Shown here in pieces: positions 14,233 to 30,230 of a DNA stretch of 64,000 nt. Below the pieces are notes generated by a model, which did no database searches, was not told the DNA's origin, and was given only the letters and a program-made list of their open reading frames with translations. This DNA comes from Schmidtea polychroa (lineage: Eukaryota). The stretch is from positions 4,404,001 through 4,468,000 of the forward strand of contig CM097885.1 of assembly GCA_044892525.1 (NCBI GenBank), given 5' to 3'. The stretch's first letter is position 1. Each line of letters starts with the position of its first letter. The translations under genes were made by a program, and so were the position numbers.

Positions 14233-15593
14233 TCATAATTTTTCAGTTCTGCACCTGAGCAGCAATTTGTCATTTTTGGCTGCTAATTTATTGATTGAGT
14301 TATCAAAAGCATAAATGCAAATTGGCTTATTTCTGTCATTTGACGGTTTCCCCCATCTGGTAGGATCAGGGCGATCTGAATATTTCATTGACCTGCTCAT
14401 ATAAATGCTGCCATTTGCTGGATCGATCATATCGATTGTCACCGATTGATTGAACGGCCAATCCAATTGCTCATCATTTGCCCCACGCATCACACAGAAA
14501 CCAACATCAACCCAATTACACCCAATCCTCACCGTCAAGCACAATTTGTAACCGATTGGCCCGGAATAAAATGCCTCGCTGTAAATCCATTCATCTTCCT
14601 TTTGTTGTGAAAATTTATCGATTTGCCATTCCAAAAATCCATAATTTATATATTTTTCACTTCCTAATTTTGTTTCAACCTGCCGAATTTCATTGGCGCA
14701 TTTCGCCATTTCAAGCTGCAACTGAATGTCAAATTCAAACATTTCAATAAATCAATAAATCACCTTTTCATTCTCCCGTTGCAGCCGCTGCTCGCATTTC
14801 TCTTTCATCTCATCAATTTGCTGTTGATATTTTGATTCAATCACCTCAATTTGTTGTCTGATCTGCTTTGCATCAATAACAAATCAATAACAAATCAAAT
14901 CAATATTCAAACTTGATTGATTGATCCAATATTTGTCTCCATCTCCATTCTCAATGAGCGATTCTCATTCTTCACTGCCACCATTTCCTCATTCAATTCT
15001 TCTATCTCTGCTCTGTTCTCTGCCTCTTTCCTTTCAATATTGCGCAATTTGGCATTCTCCTCTCTCATTTCCCGCATCTCATTGCACAAATTGCTGATCT
15101 GATCAATCAGTAATTTGCTATGGCCTTCATTGTTCTCATTGAGATGTATTTTCATTTTGTCCTTCTCTACATCATTCATTTCGCATCCAATCCTATTGAA
15201 TGGACATCTGATTTGCTGTTTGTTGCATATTCTCATGTGGCTCTCCATCATCTCTAATTCATCTCTGAATCGACAATTTTGCATTGGGCATTTCACTATC
15301 ACTTCTGAGATCCTTAAATTGATTGCCTGATCTTCAGAAACATCTTTATTGAAATTTATCATTTTCTTTCCGCAATGTTTTGCTGCTCCTGGGCAGAATT
15401 TATCCTTTCCATCCAAATAATGCTCAATGCAATCAGAACAAAAGCGACAACCGCAAGGAGCATTGCAAGCCTTTATCATTAAACATTTGCAAATTCTGCA
15501 TATCAATTCACTGCTGATTTCATTATCAAATTCAAATTTATTCCTCTTCATCATTTCCCATACGCTTGCAAACATTTTATCTGAAATTGGCAT
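14233..15593 (-). CDS. traf: TNF receptor-associated factor (RING, zf-TRAF, coiled coil, MATH); 3 coding exons
   Basis: RING CRIC...C.C.FC..C, zf-TRAF CPMQNC...H...C...CPF...GC, MATH motifs W.I..FS, YSEAFYSGPIGYKLCL, LDWPF, RWG. Two short phase-0 GT-AG introns (~14912-14866/63 and ~14763-14722/16) join the two listed ORFs through a middle exon. Exact start codon uncertain. Confidence 0.9.
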
Positions 15594-17149
15594 AATTAAT
15601 TGATTAAATGATAAATAATTATTATTGTGAAAATAAATCAATTAAATATTCCAATTTTATATTTCAAATTATGAAATTATCAAAATAATTCAACATTTTA
15701 CATATTTTATAAATCATAATTATTATATTAATTATTTCCTCTTACATTTTAAATTTCAAAGTTTTACAATTAATTTTTTTATGTAGATAAACAAAGATTT
15801 TATAAATATTGTTTTTTGGCTTTGAATGCGACATTAAAATTTAATAATTTTATTTTTCAGTGTTTTCTTATTTATTTAAGCCAGAATTCTGTCATTATGA
15901 ATATCTGGAATTTTTGTTATATAAAATTAAATAATTAAATGATAAAAAATTATAATTCAACTTTTTGCAGTTAAATAATATTTTATTATTATTATTTTTT
16001 ATTATTACTAATTTTTTTATTTTCATTGAATTAACTCATTTATAGCCTACATTTAATAAGCAACAAATATCAAAACAAATATTTGAACAAAATATGACCG
16101 CTTATCAAAATTGAATGTGGATGCCATCCAGTGACCATAGCCTTATGCTGCAACTGAGAAGGCAGTTTGTGAAAATCGTGCATGTTTTGGTTTTCTTCAG
16201 TACATGGAGAAGTTCAAGGGTTTCTCATTTGTCATTTACTACAAATATTCAATGACTTCTCTGCAATTCTACGTGCTGATCTAGCACCCGAGTGCTACAT
16301 AAATTCTTTTGAAAATCAAGCAAATGTAGTGAAAGTTGTCAATATTCTTTTCATGAGATTGGCTGACAATTGGTAATAAGTGAGTAAACTACTTCCAATC
16401 ATCAAATGCTCTGTATTTTGTGAAGTCCATTGAATAATCACTAGATCAAAGCAATTTTGCAAATCCTTTGAAACTCCGCACCGAAGCTGCTGACATTTCC
16501 CTAGCTAATCATTTGCCATTTGTATCAAAGAATTACCATTTATAATATGCTTTCCTTTCAAAATGAAATTATTTCTGAGCGCGCTGCTAAATTTAAATTG
16601 CAAATTGCTGTTGCTGCCAATTCCTCTGTGAGGCTTACGGATTTATCGGATACGTGGATAAGGACAACAGTTAATTGCTATAAGAACACATCCCTTAACC
16701 GTTATGAAAAAATGACATGTCTGTTTTACATTATAACCTTGTTAATTTTATTACATATAAATTTTCAATTTATATAATAAATCGCTGTTTTGATGGTCAC
16801 AATTTTTATGATCGCTATTATTAACGTAAATTTAGTATAGTAGGTTTTTTCGGGTGCCTACGTCACCCTTTTTTTCAAAATCCCAAGTCCTTCATGTGAA
16901 TCTTATAATAAATTCTTATAATAAATTATATCGATTATGATAATATTGACTGCTGATGATGTTGATATTATAATAATCATAGTAAGCATTGAGCGTTACA
17001 GAATCAATGAGTGAGTGAATGAACTGGGCATTTATAATATAGATTTGCATAGGTAAAGTATTAAATAATGATTTGATAAAGGGTATTTAAAAGATTGTTC
17101 GTGCAATAATTGCGCATTTAATACACAGTGTCACAGCCACATTGTTAGT

Positions 17150-18025
17150 AGAAAAACACCAAGAAATCCTCAACTTTCACGAACATCAACTAATACAAAA
17201 TGTCCTAACGAGATGGAATTCCATATACTATATGATTGAGTGATTCCTGGAACAGAAAAGAGCCATTTATGCAGTTTTATCGAACAAGATAAAATGAATC
17301 AAATAAATATTTTGAAAGATAAAGATTTTATACTTCTGAAACGCTTATTGGAAATATGAAAACCTTTGAGGAAGCGACTACGCATGTATGTGGTGAAAAT
17401 TATCCAACGGCATCTTTAATTCTCCCCATATTGCGTCAGCGTAAATAATAACAATTAATGCGATATCATAAACAGGTCAATGTGACGCAATGAAACCTTT
17501 ATATGATAATTTATATATTGAAATTTTGAGAATATATGAAAAATATGACAACAGAATAGCGTTTCTGGGAAACGGTTCATACTTAGATGCGAGAATGAAA
17601 CATTTAGAGTTCTGTGATGAAGAACTAAATACAAAGGTCCGTAATGAAATAAAAATTGAAATAGATCTTTTCGCTGATGATATCAGGAAAGTGGACCTTT
17701 TGAAAACATCCGATGAAGATATAGTGTGCTATAGCAAGGATATGAAGCTGACAAATTGTTACAAGAATCTGAGATGGGCAGATATGAACAGTTTTCGGTT
17801 TTGCGAATGAAAGATGAACCAATAAGTTTTTTTAAAAATAATAGAGTGGAATCTCCGAGTATTTCAACCGTTGCGCGTAAATATTTGTGCATTGCCGGAT
17901 CATCTGCTGGATCGGAGCGGGTAATTTCTTGTGCTGGATTCATTGTTGACGAATGTAGAAATCGACTACCACCCAAAAATTTTGAAATGCTTATATTTAT
18001 GAGGCATAACCATAAAAGAACATGA
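17150..18025 (+). pseudogene. hAT (Ac/ZBED1-like) transposase pseudogene
   Basis: TRWNSIYYMI, PFEEATTHVCGENYPTASLILP, YLDAR and the C-terminal dimerisation motif ARKYLCIAGSSAGSERVISCAGFIVDECRNRL. Broken by stops and frameshifts. Confidence 0.85.
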
Positions 18026-18352
18026 TATGATTAAAAGCGCTGTTATAAAAATTAACACTCTGTGTATGATGCTGTAAACTGTGACAACGAATGAAATAAA
18101 ATGTTACGTTTGCTAGCCGGCAGAACGTATATTAACAAGAATAGACGAAACTAGTAGAAAATACTATCAACACGAGTGGGACAAGCGTTGGTTGTAATAG
18201 CACAGAGAATGAGCCATCTATATTTTTTTCAAATTTGACTGGGACATATATGTCCCGACAGTGGTCAAAGGGTTAAATAACTTCGTCAAAATTAAAAGTT
18301 GTGATTTGTTATTTTTTATATTTGTATCAATAATTATACAAATGCTCTAATG

Positions 18353-18791
18353 AAGGGGTCCTCAAACTGTTTTAAATAGGGACCCACTAGCCAGAAACCA
18401 GAAACTTGGCGACCCAATACAAATTTTTTTCGTACTTTTGCAATCAACTTTATATTTATCAACTCCGACTAAAATATTTTCCCATTAAACGTATTTTAAT
18501 TCTTTCAAAATTTTGCTAACAAACCCTTAATTCTTAAAGATAATTATTACAATTAATTATTAAAAATAAGAGAATAAATTTAAAAAACACAGTTGCATTC
18601 TCGATTAAATTTAGCATATTAATGAGATGGGTGAGCTTGCATATTGCTGACTAGTTCGTTTTGTTTGTAGCAGATTAAAATGTTTGTGACGTAGTTTGTT
18701 TCATTTTTTTTACAAATAGCATCCTCGCGACCCACCTGGGAAGTTTACACGACCCACATGTGGGTCGCGGCCCATAGTTTGAGAATAGATG
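18353..18791. mobile_element. Non-autonomous hAT (Charlie-like) element
   Basis: Degenerate TIRs (aaggggtcctcaaact / agtttgagaatagatg) and 8-bp TSD ctctaatg at 18345-18352 and 18792-18799. Confidence 0.75.
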
Positions 18792-19963
18792 CTCTAATGA
18801 TTCTTTTTTTATGCTCGCTATTTTGAAATTGTACAAAAATGTTTTCTGTATCAAACTGCGGGCCCTAGCGCTTTTTCAAGCGCATAGGGTAATTGATTTT
18901 ATAAAATTTATTAATAAGCCCATCCCTTCTTTTTACATGAACTGTTTTTTTCCAAAAACCAAGTGAAGCAAGCGCCTCTTCGTCCACTGGTCCTTTTGCA
19001 ACCCCTTTTACTTGTGTCATTCATATTATCATAGGGGTCACTCCTGCCCTCTCCTTATGTCTTATTTGGTTACAGTTCAAATTGAAAGGGGCACTGATTT
19101 ATTTAATTAATTAATACAAAAAATAAAATACTTATTCATTATATATTAAATAAAAAAATATTTAAAATAATTAAATATAATTTTTTTAATTAATTATTCC
19201 CCCCCCCCCCCATTATTGAATGCCACCTTTAATTGTTTATTATTATCCGCTTGTTCCAAATTCTCTGATAATAGAATTCATTGCGTAATCGTGTTCAGCA
19301 TTGCATCATTGAATTATCTATAATATATAATTGTTGTTGTTGTTGTTATTGCTGCTGGTGTTGTTGTTTATGATGATATTGTTGCTGTTATTTTTGCTGT
19401 CTCACACTGTTGCAACATAGGCCATGCTGAACATGGATTTGTAAAATGGTTTTGTTGGAAATGTTCATAAAGAAAAAAAATGTGAATGGCCTAGAAAGTT
19501 GATTACCTCAGAATGGGGGGGGAGACTCCAATGAACTCTAAAAGTAAAATTTGGAATTATTTTCTTAGTAAATCGAAAATAAAGCTCCACATTGGTCAAG
19601 CTCAAAGGAAAAATACTGAAAGTAAAAAAAATATGAATAAATTAAAAGCATCGCCAAGGTGGAGTTGGGTAGATCTTGTTCATCATTCTATATCAACGCC
19701 GCTCCCCCCTCCTTGCATTCCAGTACCCAATTTCATTTCCTATTCATGAATCTTCAATAAATGTTTTTTCGATAAATACATCAAGTTTTATGGTCACAAA
19801 GCTCTTGGAAAAGTGAAAAGTTTTCGATTTCGTATGTAACTTCTGTTTCTGACATTTATCCAGCTGTTACAACGGTGACCAAGGACATTTCTCCCACCGA
19901 TAACAGGATTCGCATCTCAACTAAATATAATTTAATTACCACATAAACTTCAATTTTAATAAT

Positions 19964-20560
<597 letters not shown>

Positions 20561-23500
20561 AATAATAGTATTAGTATTAATAGTAATAGTAAAAATAACA
20601 TTAATATTAAAAGTAAAAAGAAAAAGAAAAAGTCAATTTATTTAATAATAATATTGTTGATATCAATGAGCTGGGTCCGGTTCAAGGATTAATGAACTCA
20701 ATTGCAAGTGGGTATCACTGTTAATTCATTTGATTTGATGGGAAATGCCATTAATGGTGTTACTTCAAGATAAGCCATTAACTGATAAGGAGTCCAATTT
20801 GGTCCTGGTATTTGTGGGACAAGATTCCCCGCAACAGCAAATGACAGGGCGACGAACAACAGTCACATACATACACGCATATTCACACTCACACATACAC
20901 ACACATACACACACATATATACTTATACACATACACTCACACACTCACAGAAGGGGAAATCCTGATAAGAAGGTAACTGAACCCATTTAAGTGACAGGTA
21001 TTAGAACTTGTGATATGGTAACTTGTATATGCCTCCCCATTCAACGCAGCCCCAAATTTCAAAGCCGATATATACATTGCCTACAATAATCCATGTTCAT
21101 ATGAAGTGGGGAATTAAATTTAAACATCTAAATAGCCTCCACTTTCTTCCTTGTGATGATGGGAGGGTGGTAAACAAATTGGGGAAAAGTAGCCGCAAAA
21201 TCAGGCTGGAGTAAATGTCAATAATGAGTTTATATTACACAGAGGATAAACATGGCCTAGGTGTTTGGTCAGATGCAAATTGTCCAAGGCCCAACCGAGG
21301 ATTCCTGTACAAGTTGGCGACAGTTTTCTAAATCTAAGCGAATATTGTTTACATAAATTTCTACTAAATTTCTCTGGAAATTTCACCGGTTCTGTATTTA
21401 TCAAAATGGATGATAAAGGTGAGGGGAACAAAATTTGATTTTATTCATTTGTGTTCCTTTGATATTCATTTGGCATTCCTTGACATGTAAGTACTTGGTT
21501 GACGCTGAGGAAGTCGCCTCACGAAATGAAATCTTTTTGGAAATCAGAAATATCTTTTCTATCAGTTTGGCTAAACATTTGGCTTGCTATGTAAGAATGA
21601 GGAGAGAATGACAACCGCCTTTTTACAGATTTATATTTCTTTATTTTTTGGGTATTTATGTGAGGTTCATACATAAATGGGATGGGGAAAGGATGAAATA
21701 TCCATTCAGCACTGAATCTGCGTACATTTGCTTGAAAATATTAAGTTCCACGTAAGTAGCCCTTTAGAGCAATTTCCTTGTAGATGTCTGGGATCACTAT
21801 AAGACGCATGTTCAACATAACGTAGTTGCCATTGAATATCTAGGGTTGGCAAAAGTCTGAAAGAAATATCAAATGTTTCACCCTTTTTCTAAATTGTTGG
21901 TTCAACAACTTTTTCTGGAACAGCGAAACTCATCGCCAGAAGCATTTTACCTTTGTCCCGGAATTCCTAAAACTTATTAATAATTTACCATATTTTGATT
22001 AGTAATTAATGTTAATAAAATCCTCTACATTTATTTTCACATTTGATCAATTTATATTTCATTTATTTTCATTACGACAATAAATCAATTATTTTTCCAA
22101 TGTAACCCAAATATAAGATATTATGAAAATTACTGTAAAATTGCCAGTAATATTATTTTACAGTGAAACATTTGTAGTTGATGTTATTTATTAATTTCAT
22201 TTTTTATTTTTGATAATTCAGCTTAAATTCAAATAGTAAAAAGTTTGTTTGACCTGTTGATTTTTGGCGTTCCTTGGACCATGTTTATTGATGCTCCCCT
22301 TCAAATTAGTTGAGGTGGCTCTACGCGGGTTACACCTTCATAAAATGAAGATGAAACAAATGAGATCATGTTTACTGCTACCTTGACTATAATGCTTCAT
22401 GATTTTCTCATTATATTGTTGCCTAGATTATCCTAATAGTAACGCAGCCATGCCTAGATAAAACCTCACAACGACGTATGGGAAAAAAATATTTCTAAAG
22501 TAAAAAATTTAATATCAACACTTTTAAACGATTTCTTAACTACAAGATACTCATTATAAATATTTAGTAATACTTGATCAGTATTTTTTAATTTAGCCTA
22601 CTGGGACGGGTCACCTTCCCACCTCTGTCTTTAGCAATGCTTCCACTATCAGCAGTTAATAAGCCCTCCTATATCTATTAATTCCTTGTTGAGCATTTCC
22701 CAGTGAAAATATTCATTGATGAATTTTCTTTTCTCGAAGTCAGAATAGGTATTATTTTCAGTGGTAAGGGTACAAAGTTTTGCATTGTGTATATATTAAC
22801 GCTTTATGTTGCGCAGTGGAGGAGAAGCCATACGGCCACAATTAACGCAAGCCTATTTTCTAATGATCGATTTTATTAAATTCGATAATTTTCATATTAA
22901 TATTTGTAAAACTATAGATCAAAATATTGTATAAGATATATGGTATTTCAGCACTGCCTTTATCAAGTTTGCCTTTTATATTTTTTTGATCGAGTCTTAC
23001 AACTATTTATATGAAAATTAGTGAATTAAAAAAAAATCAAATGTGAAACCAAAAGATAATTACTTTATTAAAATTGAGGATCCAGTTGATTCTCATTATG
23101 ACCTAACGGCAGTCCGAACCTCATAGATTTGACTGTAATAGGAATACATTGGTAACACTTGATTTTTATCATGACGCTGAAGGATAAATGGTTGTTGTGT
23201 GTCATACTTTCAGTGTCTCTTAGATAGCCTTTTAGTGGTTACCCCGAATAACTGTGAATTCACCGTACTATCCCAAAAACGTTCATCTCTATCATCCTAC
23301 TTTAAATCCTTAAAATAATAAAGATAAAAGTGAAAAAACCAAATAAATTTCATCTTTTCAACAAGTTACTATTGTTGCATAACTTTTTCACTTTAATATT
23401 TTTTAATTATTTTTTTATTACGTCAATATCGTAGGCAAGAGGACGGGCGTTGGATTGGTGGATCAAGATTGGAAGTTACAATCATTACAAAACCAGCGAT

Positions 23501-25044
23501 CGAGATGGTTAAGCAGCAAGGTCCTTTCATCTTGTAGAACAGATCCGCCAGATAATGACATACTTAATTACATTTATCTGTTAATATTTTAAATGAATAC
23601 GGATGTTTATAATAAACTCTTCCTCTTCCTTTTGTTAACTTAGTGACACTTATTGCCATTTTTGTTTCAGAAGTTTTCTTTGGCTCATGTTCAAGCAAGA
23701 GTTTTAGTAAGTTTTACATGTGATCTTAATCTTATTTAGTCTGATTAAAAGTTCAGGGCCCCTAACTTGCCGCAACATGGTGCTGTTTTATTCTCTACTA
23801 GATTGAGTTACATTTGCTCAAAATGTGACGCGGTGGGAACATCTTACCTTTATTAACTAATTATACATTATAAAAACTTTTTTTCCAATTTCACCACTGA
23901 TTTCTTTTCCATTGTATTTATTAAAAAGCTTGAAGACTGAATCAGTAAATATATCGATTTTTTTGATATTCACATTATACATTGTCAACGATGCAAAGTA
24001 CAAACCAGAAATGTTGTGTAAGTCCTTGTGTTGAAATAAACTCACTATGAATGAATTATTTGATTTGTTTCGGGGTTTTCTTTCTTGTAAACTTCAATTT
24101 ATTTAAGCGTATATAGCAGAAAAAGAAATAGAAAAATATAATTTGTAATTTGACTAGACTAGAATGACTTTTCCCTATTAGAGCTTGATCTTTCTTGCCT
24201 GCTTTGTATTCCTTAAATGGTATTTGCTTTGGAAACTTTTCCAACAAATTTCCATTTAAAAAGAATTACATATTTTTTCTTTTTTTAAAAAAATCATCCA
24301 ATAAAATTAATACAAAATATAAAATAATATTCATAAAAAAAAGGATTGATTTGCAAACACCTGGAAAAGGCAGCGCCTAAAATTTGTGTTGAATATAAAT
24401 CAAAATATTGATCGACAGTCAAAAAAAGAAAATAAAAATAGAGTTTATTATAATAATGGCAATTGTGCCTACAAACCATTTTGGCACCTAACCATAACCT
24501 TTTGATCAAGTTTACTAAATAAATATTTTTTCTATTGTTTTTTTTTCGGTTGTAATCTCTTGTCAGAATTGTTTATGATAAAAATAAAAAACATTTATCC
24601 CAACAAAAAAAAACAGTTGAATATAAAAAATCAAAAATCTCCATATTGGCAAACTGTGAAGGCAATTAATCATTCACTTTCAGCTCGTTATCAGGAAAAT
24701 TGCGAAAGGAATGCCAGGAAGTGATGTGAAAGTCACTGGCAGATAACCACGAAATATCCGCAGTTAAAATGGGATAATTTCCCACTGTTTTACCATGGGC
24801 TCGTTAGATGGGCTCGTATATATATATAGTACTATAATTTGTGTAAATAAAGAAAGGGGGGCTTTATTTGTTTAATATTTTATAATTCAAAAATTTTATT
24901 ATTTCTTGTCAAGTTTCATGTACAAATTCTGTCGATCTCTTTCCCTTAATTTGTGTCCTGGACGCCATTGATGGTAATCTCACCAAATTATAATGAATTA
25001 TAGGACAAACTTTCTTTATAATTATTATTTTTTTATATTTAATC

Positions 25045-25184
<140 letters not shown>

Positions 25185-26397
25185 TAGTAATAATATATTG
25201 TTATTAGTAATATTATATTGTTATAATAAATCTAATGTTATACAATAGTAATGTCCTTGATCCCGATCAAATGTCAATTGATCCACCCAATCAGATGTCA
25301 CTTACAGTGCGTAAATGAGGCCAACCCTCAACAAATTCATTAATAATAAATTACAAATTAATCTCAAGTGCCCAAATTCTGAAACAAGGTTTACTGTCCT
25401 GCGATGCTAGAATTTGAGGTGGCATCGAAGGGAATGTTTAGTGTCATTAGGGAAATGCAAAGTAAAAAATGTGATGCTGCCTGTCATGAATTCATAATAA
25501 TTTGGCCTAGGGACTTGCCATTCCAGTCCGGACTGGTCGCATTTGAAAGGAAAACAATTTTAAAAATTTGCAAAATTTATCTTGCTTAGTGAATAACAGT
25601 AAAATTTTAATTGTTTTCAGTAGGACTGGCAGATTGATATCAAATCTTCCTCAATTGTTATGGATGACTGCACTTTACCTTATCTCTAGGAATCATTCGT
25701 TATCACCTGGAATGCCTTGTCATGCAATCGTCCCTGGACTGTTCAACCTTCATTCAACCTCTACAATTGACCTATCAATTAGTTCGACAAATATGATTAC
25801 TCAATTGGAAGGGGAAGGGGTGGGAGGGGGTGGGAGGGGGTGGGAGGGGGTAGTTTGGTGAGTTGGTGGGGAATTTACCGTGTCAATGCCAGTAAAATTC
25901 AAAATCAAATTATTTATATATTATGATTATATATATTGAAATTTTGCAGTAAATTCGCACTGGCATGTTAACTGCATTTTAACCGATTTTATGCTTCATC
26001 AGCCGCTTAAGTTTCAGAGACTTCGGATGTCATTTTGTACTTTCTTGAGGAATTTCTGTACCGAAAAGCTTATGGATGGAAAGAATTTGAAGATTCACAT
26101 TAGTACATAAAGATGTTTTAATAAAAATAAATTATAAATTCGATTTGGCGGGATATTTCAAGGGCATTCAACTATCTTTGTCATTTTGATACACTTAATA
26201 ATTCAAAAAAATAAAATGAAATTTATATAAAAAAATTAATGTAAAAACATAAAATTACAAAATTATATTTTCAATAAAATTCTTTTTAATTAAATTAATT
26301 AAAAGTAATTAAAATTGAAATGAACAGAAACATTAATAATATCACTCCAATTCTACCAAACAAAAAATATAAATTTAATAAATATAATAATTTATAA

Positions 26398-26476
<79 letters not shown>

Positions 26477-27120
26477 GAATTTAATAAAAATAAAAAAAAG
26501 TTTAAGATTGATCTAGACAATTCAAAGAGGTGATTATTAAAACGGTTGAAAAGACTCATAAAACAAATTGAAAATGCCGATTTTTCTTTATCGTCATCTG
26601 CAAAATTTGAGATAAAGTATTGTCAAAGTATTGTCGAGGTATTGTCGAAGTATTGCCAAAGTATTGTCAAAGTATTACCAAATGAAGGACAAAGGAAAGA
26701 AACTGGCGAATATATAGTAAATAAAATTGATAAATATTTATTATGAATTTATTAAGATATGAGATCATTATTCAAGCTCATAAATATTATTTTGATTCTA
26801 CAATTTCATTTAGATTTTATTATTCATTTTTCCAGTATTTTCAGGTAATGATGAATTTTATTTTGGTAATTATTGCGATATAAAGTGAGTTAGATCAATT
26901 GAAATGAAAAATTATTATATAAGAAATTAATAGCCAAATACTGTGAAACCTCGATAATACGAAATATTGGGATCTGAGAATTGGGTTCTAATTATCAAGG
27001 CTTTTGAATATATATATAAATTTTTGTTGACATGATGTCATTTTTGTTCATTACCAAATGTTTTTTAGCTGTTAGATTGATATAAAGAATGTGTTTGCTA
27101 TTGAAATAAGCTGTTACGAT

Positions 27121-27182
27121 CACTGGCGTAGTGAGGGGGGGGGGAACCGTCCCAGGCGGCACTTTGCCTCACTACGCTACTT
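27121..27182. mobile_element. 62-bp hAT-type mini-MITE
   Basis: TIR cactggcgtagtgagg / cctcactacgctactt and 8-bp TSD gttacgat at 27113-27120 and 27183-27190. Confidence 0.7.
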
Positions 27183-27995
27183 GTTACGATTATTACGAAA
27201 AGTTTTATTCGCGTCTACTTAGTACAAAAATAGTTCAAACGGTTCATTTTTCCATAAATCTAGTTCAAATTATTGAGAATACCTCGAACAGTACGGTTAA
27301 TCGGTTCTGGAATTCAGCCGTACTATTCGAGGCATTCTGGCGCTAATAAATTTACGGCTTAGTACCCCTATTAAGAAATTTAAAAATCGTGATTATAATC
27401 TAGTAAACAAAAAATATTTTTTTTTGTATTTTTATTTTTCTGATATTCAAGAGCAAAACAAGCATATTTAACACAGTTGTACATTTAAATACATATTTAT
27501 TGAAATTTATAAGCCGGCAATACCAATTCATTGCAACTAAATCAAAAAAAAGAATTTATTTCATTTTAAAAATATTAAAAATAGCTGATGATAAACAAGT
27601 AAATAAAATTAAATAAACACAACAATTTAATTTAAAAAAGATCAACCAAAGCAATTCACTTCAATTCTAATGTTTAGATTCATTTTTTATTGTTTGAAAA
27701 TTTCAATAACGATGTCTGAACTTTTATTTGTCGTTTCTACTCATACAATTCTTTGTAGCAATTAATTGCGTTGGCTATTGTTCGACGAATTGTAATGCGG
27801 CGTTCTATATTAGAATCAATTTCCATTATATGATCCGAAACTTTTTCGATCATTTCAAAAAACTTTTTTAAATTTCGAAAATTTTATTTAATCATTTTAA
27901 AAACAATCATATTTTGAAAATTTCAAAACCGTACTATGCGAGGTATTCCTGTAAATGCAAATATAGAGTTCATTAATTTTTATAACAGTTTTACT

Positions 27996-28601
27996 CAGTG
28001 GCGTACCAAGGATTTCTGGGGCCCTTGTGCAGATTTTTGGACGCACAAAATATTTGTCGAACGAAGTTATCCGAGGAACCAAACCATAGGCAGGCTTGGG
28101 GGAAGGTGATTAGCAACTCTCTGAGTAAATTTGCGCAATTTAAAACAGAAATAGTAGCGTTTCGGGTTGGGTTGAAAGGATATTTTGTTACTTCTCGGTT
28201 ATCTCTGTATATAGAATGGGTACATGCCAGGTACCATCATGATATAATGAACAATAATTGTTGTTATTGTCACTAATTTATTGAAACATAATTCTTAGAA
28301 AAAACTCAGATCATACGCTTATTTCACCATAATATAAAATTGAATCACATGATAAAAAGAAAGAACAAATGTGACATATGTGGTTTACAACTATATCCAA
28401 TATAGATTCCTAATGATATTAAATGTATAAACCGTCCAAACTGTGGTTGCTGTCTTAATAAAAACAAAACAAACGCCAAAGCGATGCTTGGTTTGATGAC
28501 AATCGGGGAATTTATAATGCTCGAACGTATAAATTTTACTAATTTTTCGTCCTGGGCCCTTGTGCCGTGCACAACCTGCACAACCTATTGCTACGCCACT
28601 G
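27996..28601. mobile_element. hAT MITE (CAGTGGCGTA termini)
   Basis: TIR cagtggcgta...tacgccactg and perfect 8-bp TSD gttttact at 27988-27995 and 28602-28609. Confidence 0.88.
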
Positions 28602-29107
28602 GTTTTACTGTATTTCTATTTGTCGTCCGAAGGTTTTAATGAACAATTCTAATAACTTATTACTACCTTTTATGCCTTGTAGAAATTTGTCCAAACTTTT
28701 TATACTTATAAATTATGGATTTAATGGGGCTCTTCAATATTCCAAAAAAAAATTTTTTTAATTTTCTGCTCCCTTAGTAAAAATGGCCTGTATTATCTAA
28801 AATGTTAAAGATATATAAAAACAATTAACTAAGATAAGGCTAACATTAATATCTCTTCATTTTTTCAAAAGTGTTTATTATAGGAAAGGGTCACATTAAA
28901 ACTCATGCACATATCGAAAATATGCATGCAGCTTACAATGTATTGTGTTTGTGTGTTATATTTGATTTTTCTATCACTTTTTCAATTTCTACAGTAAAGA
29001 TATATCTCAATGAAACAGCAAATAATAACTCCAAGATTTATAAGCAAAATTCCTAGAAACATATAAAACTGTATTTATGTAAATTTGTGGTTTGCCATTA
29101 GCATTAT

Positions 29108-30230
29108 AGGTGGTGGTCCTCAACTTATGACCGTCCGATTTATCACGATTCGCATTTACAACCGGAAAAAAAATTTTTTTAATAAAATTAATTATTTTTC
29201 AAAAATTACTTAATAAATTACCTGCGGCTGTAATAAATAATGCACAAGTTCAAGAAATATATTTGACTTATTTCCTTTAAGGTTTGGTTATATTCAGTGA
29301 TGGGATTCAGTCGGCATGCCCGTACTGATTCTGAATAAGCTCTAGTAAGTGTGTACGGATTTTTCATTTTACAAATCAATAACAAATCGGAAAGCGTACC
29401 GGTTCCAAAGAAAATTGAATCCCATCACCAGTGTTATATTATATATTGCTTAGATAGGGATTCGGCAACAGAGAAAGAAAAACCATTTCAAGAATTTTAG
29501 AAAAATTACAAAATTCTTCATGGAATAAAAATTATAGTAAAGGTATGAAAAAGAAAAGAATATCGAAGATAATACTTATCTAATCATACAGCTTACTGAA
29601 TTACTAAACGTCGGCTTTAATAATAAAGACATTAACGAACTTATTGTAAATGATTCGGAAGGTCTTACCAATACAGGATTATTAGATCTTGAAACTGAAA
29701 TTGTCGTGGAAGAAGAAATTAATGAAAACGAGTCATATCAGCCAAACGAACGAAAATATCGTGTTGAGAGAAATGCCTGTCACGTTTCATTTCATTAGTG
29801 AAGGAATACAAAATTTGAAGTAGTGGGCTCAGGCAATGAAAGACTTTAAAATGTGAACCTCTGGATTCAATATAATCTCGCCTGCTACCAAGAAATATAC
29901 AGAGAGAAAAAAACAGATTACCATTCTATGAAAATTAGATACAGATTTAAAAAAATTCACACTTCTTTACCTCACACTGAAGATTAAGAAATTCGTTGAC
30001 CTTATGTAACGGCGAAGATGCAGGGGATGAGAAGGATGGGGGAAATGGGAATGAAATGGAAATGGGAAGGATGTGGAGGATGTGGATGATGTGGAGGATG
30101 CAAAGGATGCAGAGGATGCGGAGGATGCGGAGGATGTGGAGGATGTGGAGGATGCAAAGGATGCGGAAGATGCGGAGGATGCGGAAAATGTGGAGAGAAC
30201 GTATCTCCTTCGTATTTTGAGGAATATCTG
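29108..30230 (+). mobile_element. Tigger/pogo transposon remnant with an acidic 9-bp tandem repeat
   Basis: Tigger-like end ggtggtcctcaacttatgacc. Broken translation DINELI...GLTNTGLLDLETE...EGIQKFE...NERL...IQYNLACYQEIYREKK resembles the Tigger transposase C-terminus. (gaggatgyg)n at ~30065-30195. Right boundary approximate. Confidence 0.55.
29295..29432. mobile_element. Small hAT-type MITE nested in the Tigger remnant
   Basis: TIR cagtgatgggattca / tgaatcccatcac and flanking direct repeat gttatatt at 29287-29294 and 29433-29440. Confidence 0.6.

Noticed and set aside
25805..25870. G-quadruplex-like (gggagggggt)n tract; similar at ~34700
   Set aside because: Short simple repeat with no supporting context.
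29996..30220. MRRMWRM-repeat ORF
   Set aside because: Off-frame reading of a 9-bp tandem repeat in a transposon remnant.
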